Positions 47,101-58,435 of a DNA stretch of 64,000 nt are shown piece by piece. The stretch lies in NCBI GenBank assembly GCA_965113315.1, contig OZ220366.1, one strand, 5' to 3'. The notes below the pieces were generated by a model. That model ran no database searches, was not told the origin of the DNA, and saw only the letters and a program-made list of their open reading frames with translations. This DNA is from Podarcis vaucheri (lineage: Eukaryota). Each line of letters opens with the position of its first letter. The stretch's first letter is position 1. The position numbers were made by a program, and so were the translations under genes.

Positions 47101-50100
47101 TGTAAGTCCTATCAAATTTGGTCTTTGGGCATGCACTCTGTGTCTATACATGGGCCTTGAAGTGATAGTTATACTTGGTGCTTCAGGATTATAGCCATCT
47201 GTGTCGTATGTTTCTGTTAAAGAAAAAGTTGTATAGTTACACTACAATACAGAAAGGGTTACATAGCTCCATATTCAAACAAGGCAGTCTATACAACACT
47301 CTCCATAGCTATGAAGCTAAAACTATCTGTAGCGGACAGATCAAAACCTTCCTTTCCTCTGGACAATCTTCGCCAGGATCCAAAGAGCTGCTTTGGCTCC
47401 TCTGTGGAGCCTGAACTACCTCAGTGGATTTAAAAAATAATAATTCTGTTTTGAATTTGAACATCTGATCCCAATGACAAATTTCGTATTTTGTAGATTT
47501 TATCTTATTTTTATCCTGTTGTACACCACTTGGATGGCTTCAGGCTATGAAGCATTCATAAATTTGCAAAAAATTAAATAAATACAAACTGCTTAAGCCC
47601 CATGAGTTTCAAAAGTAGTTTGCTGCAAGAAGTTGGCTGCTTGCAAAAAATACATTTCATGTTCCATGGGGCTCGGAACTAATTTTGCAATGCTTTTGAT
47701 CCTGTTGTCGAGTGTAAAACGACATTCTACAGTTTTATTCTTTGACAATGACAAGTTTCTACCAGATGATAAAATCTATTACACTCCAATGTCCATTGCA
47801 TCTGTCTAAGGATAATAAGACTTTCTTTATTATGAGTAAATATTCTAGTACTGCACCTGTAAAAAGAGAGGGTGGAGCAGGCAGTGGCTGGTGATGAATA
47901 CCGGTTGTTACAACCGTAGGAACAGAACTAGTTGCAGAATTTGGGGGAGCATCCATACCAGAGGGTTGCAAAGGTGGGAGAGGAGGTGGTGGTCCTGCCA
48001 AAACCAGAAACAATTTAATACCAAAAGTGAAAAGAAAAAAGCAACCACATACAGCACAAAATATAATATCCTGACCATTGACAGCACTATGGATCTTCAG
48101 AGGTCGACAGCAGCATAAAGGCAGACATAGGGATAGAAGAACTCACTGTTTAGCTTCTGGCTGTTTAATTAAGGCTATCCTCAGTATGTAAATAAAGGTC
48201 CTGGATGTTTTAACCAATGTTTAACAAGTGTACAGTCACCAGGGAAGCTACTTGCCGTACTATGTAGGTTCACCATAAAAATAGTAGCATGCTGCTCCCT
48301 ATTAGTGTAAGGTGAGGAGTAAAAGGAAAGAGGAGTAGTGCTTGGTTGGTTACAGATTTCAGCTTGGTGCCTGAACCACAATTAGTTCAAACTTCGGCCA
48401 CCAGAATTTTAAATGCAACAGGTAATAGAGACAATATAAACACTCATCTTTAGAGATACAATTGGTCTGAATGCAAATTTAATAAATGTGCCAATTTTGA
48501 CCTTTGAAACTTACAAGATCTGCACCATTATACCTAAAAGTACACTACTTTCTATATGTTCCCTCTCCGAGGCAGCGAGACTTCTGTGCTTGTTTTGCTG
48601 AGACCCTTATGCTTCAAGATGTATCAAGCTGCTGCAAAACCTAGGGACTTCTCAGTGACGGAAATCCAGTTATGGAACTCCATATCCCAGGATATTTTCT
48701 TGTCTTCCTCCTCATTTTTAAGAAAACAGGCATTTCCCCCAATTTGGTTTAGAGACATTGTATCTGAACAGTGTTTTAATGGGTTTCAACATAGTACAGT
48801 AAGTTATTTTGAAATTTAAAAGGTGCATCCTACCTGTAACAGGTGGAAGGCTGGGTGGCAAAGGGCCTGGAGGTGGAACAGGAGGCCTAAGGTTTACAGG
48901 AGGAGGAGTAAGAATAGGAGGCGGTGGAGGAAGTCCTGGAGGTGGTGGTCCCTCAACAACCGGGGGCTGTGCTGGAAAAGGCAGTATGCCTGGAAGGTTC
49001 ACATCTTCTACAACTACAGGGTCACTTCCATGATCAAATGGACACATATCTCCTCTCATACAGAAACCCTTTTCTGTAAAGTTAAAACAGTATGTTACCA
49101 GGTAAAGTCTGCAGTGTTCTGAGCAGTGCAAATTAATAGCTTTCCATTCAGTTTCGGAACTGAGTTCCTAAACCTCCAATCGCAAAGAAAGCTCCACCCA
49201 TTTTTACTTTTTATGTTTCACTTGTAAAACAACAAAATGAAATGCGAAATACTAAGGATAAGAAATAGTTTAAAAGAAAATATTTAAAATGTCTGAAGAT
49301 ATAATGGTTATTGTCATCAATGCTTGGCAAGGCAATGGGATAATTCGTTTTTTGTTCTTACCATCATAGTCTCTGCAACGTTTCTTTGGCAGTGGAGGTC
49401 TCCCGTAGGAATTGTGGTCTAATTGTTCTTCATGAAAATCTGACCAACTTTCAGTAGTATTATTTCCATGGTGAGCAGGAGCGATAACCGTTATAGTGCT
49501 ACTTAGTGTAGGGGCAGGGTAATGGCTGGATGAAATGTTTGTTACAGAAGAAACAGGAGTATAGTTGTTTTCTAATGGCTCTGTTCTGTCCAAGTCATAT
49601 TTTGGTTTCCCTATATCCCTTTCTGCAAAGAAGAACAAGGCATCCACATTATGTCAGTAAGACAAGTATTGCGCAAACTGATGAACATTTTTAAAACTAG
49701 AAAAACTCCCAATCCCAGCTGGTTTATCGATCTGAAAGCATGCAAGACAGCCAATGGCAACCTCAAATCACATTTACAAAATACAATTGGCTAAGCGTCT
49801 TAAATCCTGAAACATATAAAGAAAGCCCTTTGCTGTGGGACAAATGAAGTATCAAACCTAATAACTTGTTGTGATGTCATTTCATCAGATTTCACCCAGA
49901 GAGAGATCTGGAGGAGGCCTCATGTGTTTGCTCTTCTTCCCCAATTATCTCACCATGGGAAGAAACAGGCAAGTGAACCAGAAGAAAGACCATTCAAATA
50001 TATAGTTTTTCTCAGTTCAATCGCTCCTTTGCACCTCTAGTGTACAGAGTGTGGGAAAAACATGTGAGGGAAAGCAACAAGCACGTGTCTGCTCATCCAA

Positions 50101-53100
50101 TGCATGAGAACAAACACCATCAAACACCATGGTTTTACTTCTAAGTATATATCCACAGGATAGCACTGTACTTAAAACGTATGTGTCTTAGAACACACTT
50201 GTGTGGCATATTTGTATATTATTGTCCTGGTACTTTCAAAATAAATCTTCACAGCTTTTCTAGAGCATAAACATAATCATATATATTTATTCCTACTTTA
50301 TATCCTGCCTCTCCTTTGAGGATCCCAAGGCAGCACATATGATTCCTCTCCTCTCAGCGGTATCCTCAGACTTTTGCAATGTCCGGCATTGGACAGAACA
50401 TTAATGCTCATCTGAATGTATCAAATGATATCTAACCACATATATTGAAAAGTCTCTGGTAAGCAAGTCTTATCCATCCAAACCTGAAAACGTTCCTTTA
50501 CTACAGAGTACCAATTTGTAGTCTGGAGACAGTTCTACACTCATTCATTCATTCATTTAAGTTTATATACTGCTTGATTGTAAAAAAAACAAAGAAAAAC
50601 TTTAAAGCAGTTTACAAAAAGAATTGCAATGCTGCAAGTCAGCGTGTGCAGAGCATCACTCACCTCTGCTCCTTGTTCTACTTCTAGTTCGACTCCTGCT
50701 CCTGTCGCGGTCTCGATCCCGCAACCTCTCCTTGCTCCAGCTTCTACTGCGACTCCTGCTGTAGCTCCGGCTCCGCCCCCTTCTTCTGTTGTAGCGGTCT
50801 CTATAGGACTCTCTTCGCGGGGGATTCCGGTCGTAGTCTCTCTTGCGAGAACGCTCCTCTTTCTTTCTTTCATCCCTGCTTCTAAATATTTTGGATTGTT
50901 ACACAGAAATAAATTCTAGGCTCTAAACAGAAAATTCATACCAAATATAAGAGTGTAACCATTTGTATCAGAATCAGTGAAAATATTTTTTGAATGAACA
51001 CAAACACTATTTTAAGTGCCAATTCTGGGCAAAAACAAACTTTGAACCAGCACCAGTTATCACCTACCACAGGCCATTTTAAAAGCTATATAGTTTGGGG
51101 CAGTGCTATTTTTCTGGAAAGAGGTGCTGGAACTCACCAGGAACACCTTCCTTGTTCGTTTATAATGACAATGGCACCCACCAAAGAGGTGGTGGAACTA
51201 AGTCCTGGTGAGTTCCAGCTGAAAAAGAGCCCTGGTTTGGGGGCTTGTTCAGGCATCAATACATCGCCCAGGACTGCTCTGGGGGCCAGAGCACAATGGC
51301 ATCTTTCTGAGCGGTATATCATGAGTGAAACCACCTGGAGTCCCTCTGCTGCCAGCACTCAGAACGCGGAGGGGAAAACGAGCTGCATCGGCCCCAGCCC
51401 CATGAGGCGCCAGGGTTCGATGTAGCTTGTTGCCCCCCCCTCCATTTTTCATCATCGCAATGCATTACTATATTGTAATGTTTGGCTGGTAATACATTGT
51501 GATGTTGAAAGGCGGTATCGCCCAGCCTTAACCTACACTCCTATTCCGCCCTCAGCATGAACTCCCCATGGATGTAGGAACATGCTATGCCTTTTGAGTT
51601 TCTGAGCTCAAGGACATGAAGCTCTGTTACTGTATATTAGAAGCAAACTGGAATACCAATAGCACAGCGCCAGTGTTAGAAACTGAGATAGGAAACCTAG
51701 GAGCTCCATGACACCTTAAACCTAGGTCATGGGCACATCAACGGAACGTCTCAGCGCACTGTTTTATAACAAGAATACAAAGCTGAAAATGAATGAACTG
51801 CAGCTAAAACATCATGCTCATTTTTCACAGGTCTCTTCTCCAGTCTTCAGAGAGTAGCTGGAACTGGGGAGGCAGAAAAAAGTCCTCCTTTCCTTCCATT
51901 CTGAAGTTTTAATCTGAAATCTCAGGTGTAGTACTGCACCCAGACATGAGAAGCTGCTCACATTAATGACATTCCACGTCACAAAATGTGCCTAGAACAA
52001 TGAAGTTTTGAGCTGCACAGCAGACACCCTCCTCCTCTCATTGGAAACACAGGAGCAGAGAAAAAAGTCTGCCCCGATGTAGACTCTCACAAGAGAAAAA
52101 GCAAATGAAAGGGGAGAGAATACTTCAAATAACCCAGCAATGTATTGTAAAGTGGCTTATATTGCCACTGTTTGATATGCAGCCTACACCTTCAGGAGCT
52201 CAGATATTCTAAGCCAGGGGTCTGCAACCTTTAAGACAAAAAGAGCCACTTGGACCCATTTCCGAAGAAAAAACAACAACTGGGAGCCGCAAAACCACTG
52301 CGACATTTAAAACAAATATATCTCCGGAGCCACGATCTGACAGCGGGTGGGAAGGTGACGTTGGGACGGTGCGTGACTAACGCACGCACCGCCCCCATGC
52401 GACGTCACAGCCAGTACAGAGCCCACCACAGTGAGGAGTGTCGGGGCGCACAATGCGCCTCCTCCCCTCGCTAGTATCCGCCCCGGAGCCGCAGCAAAGA
52501 TGTAAAAGAGCCACATGCGGCTCTGGAGCCGCGGGTTGCAGACCCCTGTTCTAAGCGGTAGCCAAGGCAGGATTTGCTTCCATGAAAAATGGATGCATAC
52601 CAAAGGCAAATCCTAATGCAAATGCAATAATCTGTGCATAGTTGGGTGCCTTCCTGCAGATGCAAGTGTTGTGCATTTTCCCCAATATATCATACAAAAT
52701 GTATATTGACTCAAGACAATCACCATCCATTTAAGTGGGTGTAAAAAACACTGATGATGCAGTCGTTGTAGGAAAATTCAGAGGTTGACAATTTTCTAAC
52801 ACAAAATTCACTAAGGTGCTCTTTAACTTCAAAACTGTCAGGTGGAAGGAGATAGCTATGTTTGAAAGCACACTCCCTTATGTATCTATAAAAACTTCAT
52901 TAAAAACTACAAAATTTGGATTGTGCTCTGTATGTATTACACATGGAGACTTGCTCATTTATACCTTTGTATCCTTACCATATAATTTGTTTCAAACTGC
53001 TGTAACAGCAAACAATGTAACTAAATACACCTCAAAACATTTATACATGAAAAAGGTAAAGCCAGTAAAAAACAACAACATAAAAACTTTATTAAATAAC

Positions 53101-55349
53101 CTCTCCTGGTTTTTACTACAAGGGACAGAATATATGATCACCTGGTTTCTCGATAGCGTGAACTTGACTGAGGGGGACTATGGTTTAGCCTTCTAGAAAA
53201 CTTTTTCTCTCGCTCTTCCTCTTTAATGACCTTGATAAAGAAGGAAAATGAAAATCAGATAAGTGTACAGCACCCAGAGAAACAACCAGCAACCAAACAA
53301 AATAGAACCATTTCAAAATCCTTCTCAAGAATTCTATGCCAACCTCAGCCCTCAGAACTGCACATCTTTGTAACAAAGAAGAATTTGAAGTTTAGAAGAG
53401 GCATCAGGCAAAAAAATCCACTTCTCCCATGCCTTGGGTTAATTAAACAATCAGTGGCCTTTTAAACTGGGAGGTATTGCTTTTGTTTGTTACTATGATA
53501 TATCCTTTTGTGTTTTTATATTGCAAATCGCTCTGTGAACTTTGGATGAAGGGTGGTGTAGAAATTTATAAACATAATGAGTAATACAATAAATAAGGGT
53601 TTTTAGACATATATGTGATAATCCACTCTCGCTCCGGGTTCGCCAAACAAATATTGCACCTGTAAATACTAGTCCCACACCCTTGATCCAATAGTAACAC
53701 CCATAGCTTCATTCTCTAAGGTTCACTATCTCTATCATGTAGTTAAGAGTCACCAAGTAAAGTTTATCCTCAACGATCACCTATCAAAAGTATTGAGCTT
53801 TAAGAAATTGGCATTTAAATGCATTGTAATTGAAAACAGAATAAACATACAGACGCAAATTGCAAGATACACATTAAGAAGAGGATGCATGACTGATCCC
53901 TACCTCTTCCTTCTTAGTTTCTTTTTCCTGATGCTGAAAAAAGTCTGATTTCAGGCTTCCCGATGTCGGCTGCTCCGGTGGAGGTAGATAGCTCTTTGTA
54001 TTCACAGCATCAAAAAGTTTTTCTACGAATATCTGGGTCTCTAAAACAAGATCCAAAGGTAACACTTGACAAACAATTTCTATGGCTAGTATTACTCTGA
54101 ATTCAATTTGCCATTTTGAATCAGTTGAGCAAATGGTCACCCTCCTGTTTGCTTGGGGTACATGACAACTGTAGGCAGTAGAGAAGACCAACAGCAATCC
54201 TTTCACCAACCCTTTCCCATCAATGGCACAGTGCTATCCCCAAAACCCATCCCTGGAGCTTTCAATCTTGAGAAAAGCAGCATCAGGCATTCATCTGCCT
54301 CCTCAAGTGTTGGCACACTCTTTATAGACAGCACATGGGAAAAGAGCAGTTCTGGCAAGCAGAACACAGAGGAGAGAGAAGAGAAGTATATCTACTATGC
54401 ACTTTGGAAAGTTTTGTTCGTCTGTTCTCTATAGGTTGCCTCTTGATATACCGTCACCAAACTTGGTAGAAGAATGCCCAAGGTGGGGGTGGTAGTCTTC
54501 GTCAATGTTTGGATGCCAGGAGCCATTTTGAATCAAGATGGTAGACTAAAACACAACTTTGGGTTGACTACATCCAATTTTTGGTGTGACAGATACAAAC
54601 TCACAAACTGCACTATTCATTTAAAAATGACAAAATGTTTAGGTTTATAAAAATGCCTGGGGAGTGCTCTGTAATTGAAAGCAGTTGATTTATTATACTA
54701 ACAGTCATACCTCGGAAGTCAAACACCTTACGAGTAGAACGTCTTGGCTCCCGAATGCTGCAAACCCAGAAGTCAGTGTTCCAGTTTGTGAATGTTCTTT
54801 GGAACCCAAACGCCCAACACGGGTTCCGCAGGAGTTTCCTGCAGCCTATCAGAGGCCACGGCTTGATTTCCAAACGTTCTGGAAGTCAAACAGACTTCCG
54901 GAACGGATTCCGTTCGACTTCCAAGGTACAACTGTATTTTTTAAGGCATCTACTATTTAATTCTTAGTATTTCTAATTCTTAATTCTAGATGATGAAGTG
55001 AAACATATGATGCATTTATTTTCTACAACAGGATTTGAGTATCTGTAATGTCTCTTAGATGTTATACACTACTTTATTTCTTTGAATCAACAAATTTGTT
55101 GGGCTGCATACTTTTTTGTTCTATTTAATGCAGAGCCATTCAGCCCAGGATGCAATAATAATCATATACAATTAATTCAAGATGGAGTCAGAATTCAAAA
55201 CAAGTCAGTGATATATTTACAAGAGCTTACCCTTTTGAAGAAACACATCCAACTGATCAACACATAGTGCCCTCAGTTCTTTCTCACTTTTATCCTTCTT
55301 TACCAAAGCAAGAACATACTTAGCTAGAGCTGATGGGTCTGCATCACAT
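22276..55349 (-). CDS. RBM26: RBM26 RNA-binding protein 26 (PWI, RS-rich, CCCH zinc finger, Pro-rich, RRM1, coiled coil, RGG, RRM2, acidic tail); spliced, 5'-partial (exons 2-22)
   Basis: Hand-spliced exons give one open frame closely matching the vertebrate RBM26 sequence as I recall it (CDADPSALAKYVLALVKKDK...CRDYDEKGFCMRGDMCPFDH...NESRSWRR*). All introns GT-AG, phases consistent, 2962 nt in total. Confidence 0.97.
24858..24971 (-). CDS. RBM26: RBM26 exon 21 (114 nt)
   Basis: ctttag|GCT GCT ATC...GAA GAA|gtaagt; AAIHGSRFKGQDLKLAWNKPVANISTMETEETEPDEEE. Confidence 0.95.
26940..27145. mobile_element. hAT-Charlie-like MITE with internal (TA)n
   Basis: CAGGGGTCAGCAAAC / GTTTGCCTACCCAAG; perfect 8-bp TSD CCCTAGAC at 26932-26939 and 27146-27153. 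Confidence 0.85.
27482..27884. repeat. Tandem duplication, 2 x 200 bp
   Basis: 27482-27681 versus 27682-27881 differ only at 27567/27767 and 27630/27830. Confidence 0.95.
27874..27960 (-). CDS. RBM26: RBM26 exon 20 (87 nt, RRM2)
   Basis: aaaaag|CAA TAT GGT...GAG GCA|gtaagt; QYGEIEDCQIDDSSLHAVITFKTRAEAEA. Confidence 0.95.
28859..29068 (-). CDS. RBM26: RBM26 exon 19 (210 nt, RG/RGG box and start of RRM2)
   Basis: tgttag|GCT GCG AAA...TTT GCG|gtatgt; AAKRGILSSGRGRG...VVDHRPRALEISAFTENDREDLLPHFA. Confidence 0.95.
29125..29605 (-). mobile_element. L2-clade LINE 3' end with (AAT)n tail
   Basis: ORF 29346-29531 (RARAFSAGAPIWWNTL..ETRAL..LTSF.RSCKTELF) fits the L2 ORF2 C-terminus. Confidence 0.8.
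30910..31014 (-). CDS. RBM26: RBM26 exon 18 (105 nt)
   Basis: ccttag|ATG CAA AAA...CTT GAA|gtaagt; MQKELLDTELDLYKKMQAGEEVTELRRKYTELQLE. Confidence 0.95.
31291..31580 (-). mobile_element. Sauria SINE with internal deletions
   Basis: TAAAGGTAAAGGGACCCCTG tail; homology to 9170-9510. Confidence 0.85.
31885..32055 (-). CDS. RBM26: RBM26 exon 17 (171 nt)
   Basis: caatag|ATG CTG...ACA CAG|gtatct; MLISKLEKNKTMKSEDKAEIMKTLE...KTKTQ. Confidence 0.94.
33308..33382 (-). CDS. RBM26: RBM26 exon 16 (75 nt, coiled coil)
   Basis: ttccag|GAG GCA...CAA AAG|gtaaat; EALRLQQDVRKKKQEILEKHIETQK. Confidence 0.94.
35258..35368. mobile_element. Palindromic MITE-like element
   Basis: AGAGTAGACC/GGTCTACTCT inverted core; a related copy at about 57160-57240. 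Confidence 0.5.
37358..37486 (-). CDS. RBM26: RBM26 exon 15 (129 nt)
   Basis: ctgtag|GTG TTG...AAA CAG|gtaaat; VLSTSTGLTKTVYNPAALKAAQK...EAQKKKQ. Confidence 0.94.
40004..40050 (+). repeat. (GGA)n/(GAA)n microsatellite
   Basis: Directly visible. Confidence 0.9.
40162..40233 (-). CDS. RBM26: RBM26 exon 14 (72 nt, symmetric phase-0, likely cassette)
   Basis: tcctag|AAT GTA...GAA AAG|gtaagg; NVTKLSVKERLGFVPKPPTPATEK. Confidence 0.9.
41419..41550 (-). CDS. RBM26: RBM26 exon 13 (132 nt; alternative acceptor 9 nt inside)
   Basis: tttaag|GTA ATG CAG CCT...GTT CAG|gtgggt; VMQPLAQQPILPVVKQSVKERLGPVP... Confidence 0.92.
42569..42733 (-). CDS. RBM26: RBM26 exon 12 (165 nt, RRM1)
   Basis: tcatag|GTT GCT TAT...CAG AAG|gtaaag; VAYQGDPEGALIQFATHEEAKKAISSTEAVLNNRFIKVYWHREG. 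Confidence 0.95.
42999..43232. mobile_element. Tigger-like MITE family D (older)
   Basis: TA-CAGTCAAACCTCGG start; CCAATCAGAAG core; related copy at 54702-54933. Confidence 0.65.
43719..44061 (-). mobile_element. Sauria SINE with 11-bp TSD
   Basis: TSD TATATTAATGG at 43708-43718 and 44062-44072. Confidence 0.92.
44309..44468 (-). CDS. RBM26: RBM26 exon 11 (160 nt, start of RRM1)
   Basis: ttgcag|A CAA AAC...TTG CAG|gtaggt; QNFNRTSSPAFQKKVQFGNENTKLELRKVPPELNN...VNLQ. Confidence 0.95.
45672..45780 (-). CDS. RBM26: RBM26 exon 10 (109 nt)
   Basis: acacag|AA AAA CCT...GAC AA|gtgagt; EKPPNKSSMRIVVDSESRKRTIGAGDGVPAKKNWFDK. Confidence 0.94.
47073..47213 (-). CDS. RBM26: RBM26 exon 9 (141 nt)
   Basis: taacag|AA ACA TAC...AGA G|gtatcg; ETYDTDGYNPEAPS...MYRHRVHAQRPNLIGLTSGDMDLPPR. 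Confidence 0.94.
47857..47994 (-). CDS. RBM26: RBM26 exon 8 (138 nt)
   Basis: tggcag|GA CCA...TTT ACA G|gtgcag; the donor is weak but keeps the frame, whereas the next GT does not; GPPPPLPPLQPSGMDAPPNS...PPSLFT. Confidence 0.88.
48834..49073 (-). CDS. RBM26: RBM26 exon 7 (240 nt, CCCH finger and Pro-rich region)
   Basis: ttacag|AA AAG GGT...ACA G|gtagga; EKGFCMRGDMCPFDHGSDPVVVED...PPVT. Confidence 0.96.
49362..49622 (-). CDS. RBM26: RBM26 exon 6 (261 nt)
   Basis: ttgcag|AA AGG GAT...GAT G|gtaaga; ERDIGKPKYDLDRTEPLENNY...KKRCRDYD. Confidence 0.95.
50664..50881 (-). CDS. RBM26: RBM26 exon 5 (218 nt, RS/RD-rich)
   Basis: atttag|A AGC AGG GAT...AGA G|gtgagt; SRDERKKEERSRKRDYDRNP...RSRSRTRSR. 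Confidence 0.94.
51101..51235. mobile_element. MITE (probable hAT)
   Basis: CAGTGCTATTTTTC..GCTGGAACTCACC ... GGTGAGTTCCAGC..AAAAAGAGCCCTG inverted arms. Confidence 0.6.
52215..52548. mobile_element. Young hAT-Charlie-like MITE
   Basis: Perfect 15-bp TIR CAGGGGTCTGCAACC; perfect 8-bp TSD TTCTAAGC; CpG-rich interior. Confidence 0.92.
53142..53230 (-). CDS. RBM26: RBM26 exon 4 (89 nt)
   Basis: atcaag|GTC ATT AAA...ACC AG|gtgatc; VIKEEEREKKFSRRLNHSPPQSSSRYRET. Confidence 0.92.
53904..54040 (-). CDS. RBM26: RBM26 exon 3 (137 nt)
   Basis: ttttag|AG ACC CAG...GAA GAG|gtaggg; ETQIFVEKLFDAVNTKSYLPPPEQ...KKEE. Confidence 0.95.
54702..54933. mobile_element. Tigger-like MITE family D
   Basis: CAGTCATACCTCGGAAGTC ... 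GACTTCCAAGGTACAACTG-TA. Confidence 0.75.
55231..55349 (-). CDS. RBM26: RBM26 exon 2 (119 nt, PWI domain)
   Basis: tttacag|A TGT GAT GCA...CAA AAG G|gtaagc; CDADPSALAKYVLALVKKDKSEKELRALCVDQLDVFLQK. Confidence 0.95.
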
Positions 55350-57332
55350 CTGTAAAAGGAGCAAAACAAGACTGCTGTCAGTAATGAAGATATCCTAAAA
55401 AGTTAACTCGAGTTGGTGCAGCATGCCCAGGGTGTTCCGTATCTTTATACTTTCATTTTGCATTGATGTGTGTTATATAAAATGAATCAAGTGTCAACTT
55501 CTACTGAAAAAACCAGTCTATGAATTTCATCAATTTGTTTTGCTTTACTGCATTTTGGACCACTGTTGTGCTCATGGCTGTTCCCATCCTTAACAAGGAT
55601 TACCCAGCCTTCAGTGACGGGGTCAAAATGTGTAAGGTTGACCCAAAATGCTGGGCATTGTGTACCCTTCAGCCAGGCTTTCTGCAAAGTATTAAATCCC
55701 CTTTGCCCTAACCATTAAAATGCAGGCATGACCATTTTAGGAGGGTTCAACTGATGTGTAATTGCCAACACTTGGGAGCTTTTGGATGTGGAATGGGGGC
55801 GGGGCAGAACAGGACTGGCTAATATATGCTCCACCGACATGTACAAGGGGGCAAGAACAGAAACCCCACGCAATATGGTCACCACCTGTAACATTTTGCT
55901 AGTTAGTAAAGGAATTGTGGCCTCTGCTGTTCTTACTTATTTAAAAAAAGGTGTGTGAAGTTTCATTGGAATAGTTTTACCATTGTGATGTTCATTTTAT
56001 CAATGATAATTACTGGGCTTCTAGCCATTAGTTACTGTTCTGCAGACTATATGTAATTAGCTGATGAGGTATGACACAGAGAAAAAGAGAACCGGCTAAT
56101 ACGAAACATAAAAGCATTTCATGGCTAACCAAAAGTTGGCTCAAGGACAATCACATTGTCACTTATTTCTTAACCATCTATTGACAAGTGGGGTTAAATG
56201 CACCCCAACAGCACTGAAAAAGCATTCATAAAACTTTTGGGTTCTTCCACAATTCAATGTTGCAAATAGTCCTCAATGATGAAAGGTTGTGGAATACTGT
56301 TATATATTGATACCTGTATGTATTTAGCTTGTTATAATACAGTTCTATTTAAAAAAGCACTATGGTGAAGTATAAATTGCCACAGGTTGTTTCTGTGAGG
56401 ATTAAATTATGGAAAAATCAAGGTTTTAACTTTTACAACTTTTGATGTCAATTCTGCCACTACTGTAGTAACTGAGAAACAATAAAAGCTGCACAAAAGT
56501 CCAAGAAGTCAACATGATCCCAAGACATTCACTTCCTTTAACACCACCACAAATGGTATCAGGGCAGGGTCAATAACATTCCACACATTTACCACCAAAT
56601 TGCTTTAGAGTTCCAGATAAAGGGAGATCTAGGCTTTTCAATATGCTCATACACGTCATCTTCAAATTTACTTATCCAACTAGAGTATCCTTAAGATGTA
56701 GGTGTGATACACGACTGGCATAGGGCTCAGCTGAAACTTTACTAACTTGTTTCATCATTGTGCATCTATCTAAAGGAGACTAATTTCAGTCTCTCTGTGG
56801 AGGAGTGTGATATTCCATCTAAACAAGTAATGTTCTCTGACTGTCATGATCAAAGTAGCCTTAAAGAGATGGTTCAAGGAAACTGGGAACACCTGAAAGC
56901 ATCAATGGTCTTTGCAAGACTGGATGTTCTTTTAAATTAAAAATTAATGTTACACTATTTTAAATATTCCTTATCCATCATGTTCTTCAAGACAGAACAG
57001 TCAGTCACTTGCACAGAGATTAGAAAAAACACCGAACATAATATTAAACATAAGCACTTCCCATTCTTAAAAACAAGATACAAGGTGTATCTTGCCACCC
57101 AGAGTGTGGGACAACCCAATCAGATGGGCGGCATACAAAAAATATAATTTGTTGTTGCTGTTCTGAGAATAGAACCACTGAAATTAATAAGTACATTAAA
57201 TTTCAATGGGTCTACCAATAGAACTTAGCTGGCTACAACCCACCATTTTGAGGCATTGAAAAATAATAACAATACAGTGATTGAGTACCAAGTAACTGAA
57301 GTTTGCGAAATATGGTATAGGATACCTTAAAG

Positions 57333-58152
57333 CAGCGGTTTTCAACCAGTGTGCCATGGCACCCTGGGGTGCCTTGAAAGAAGGTCAGATGTGCCACAGG
57401 CAATACTGGCCTCAGTCCCTCTTTCCTCCCCTCCCTCCTCTGATGTCCTCTCATGGGCTTTCACAGCTGTTTGTTGGAGCAGCCCTGGCTACAAGCTCCC
57501 CAGGCGAATGGTGTGTCTCAGGGACTGATCAGGGGGTGCTGGTTGCCTGGAGCTGAGGAAGCCTTGGAGCAAGCAAGCAAGCAGGCGAGGGAGCTCAGCC
57601 AGCCAGTCCGCCAGGTCCTTGCTGTTGGGAATGGACAGGCAAGTGGGAGGCCTGGCAGACAGGCACGGTTCTGCCTTTCTTGTGCATGCTGTGTGCAAGG
57701 CCTGCCTAGGAGCCTGAGTGTCTGGTTCTGAAAGGGTGCCTTTCCACCACACAGACCCAGCAGCACCCACTGCTGCTATTGCTGCCTCCCAAAGTGAGTA
57801 AGGTGCTGGCCTCATGTTCACCTCTGGCCAGGCTCCGTTGGGCCACCAAGGCTGGGGGCATCCTCTTCCCAGGCCCCTGTGAGGCAGTGTGAGGATGCAC
57901 CTCTCTTTGGGGCGGGGGGGGGGGAGCTCAGAGACCAGGGTTGGCAGTAGTGACTGCCTGGAGAACTTCCAAGGACAGGTAAGAGGAGGTTGAGGAAACA
58001 CTCCACAAGGGAGGGTGTTCTAAAAAGGGTAAGAGGCTGCCAGTTCTGTGAGAAAGGGGTGACATAACTGGGCTCCTGAGCCCCACAGGGGTGCAGTAGA
58101 AAAATGGAGTTGGTTAAGGCAGCTGTGGACTCAAAAAGGTTGAAAACCTGTG
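57333..58152. mobile_element. hAT-Charlie-like non-autonomous element (~820 bp, GC-rich)
   Basis: CAGCGGTTTTCAACC / GGTTGAAAACCTGTG ends; degenerate TSD CCTTAAAG/TCTTAAAA. Confidence 0.7.
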
Positions 58153-58277
58153 TCTTAAAATTTCAAAGTTATCAGTGAAAGGTCCCCTACCAGTATTACA
58201 TTAAAATTTCTAAGCATTTCAGGAATTCATACATCTATTATATATTCTGCACAGTATATGGCCACTGAATTAATGTT

Positions 58278-58435
58278 TCATAGAATTGTAGAGCTGGAAG
58301 GGACCCCAAGGGTCATTTAGTCCAACCCCAGCAATGCTGGACTCTCAACTAAATCATACATGACAGGTGGCCAACCAACCTCTGCATAAAAACCTCCAAG
58401 GAAGCTCGACCACCTCTCATGGGAGTCTATTCTAG
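58278..58435 (-). mobile_element. CR1 LINE 3' end
   Basis: TCATAGAATTGTAGAGCTGGAAGGGACCCC...TAGTCCAACCCC is the reverse complement of the CR1 3' terminus. Confidence 0.75.

Noticed and set aside
47845-47856. Alternative exon 8 donor GCA|gtacta
   Set aside because: It is phase 0 and out of frame with exon 9.
48809-49122. Gly-rich plus-strand ORFs (also 50629-50919 and 28865-29077)
   Set aside because: Antisense shadows of low-complexity RBM26 exons.
22276-55349. Assignment to the paralogue RBM27
   Set aside because: Linker and terminal peptides (NNYTPVSS, GNENTKLELRKVPPELNN, QYGEIEDCQIDDSS, ESLVDDSLLQ) match RBM26 as I recall it.
57489-58006. Several overlapping ORFs of 60-170 aa
   Set aside because: They lie in the GC-rich interior of a non-autonomous hAT element and show no transposase or other recognisable motif.
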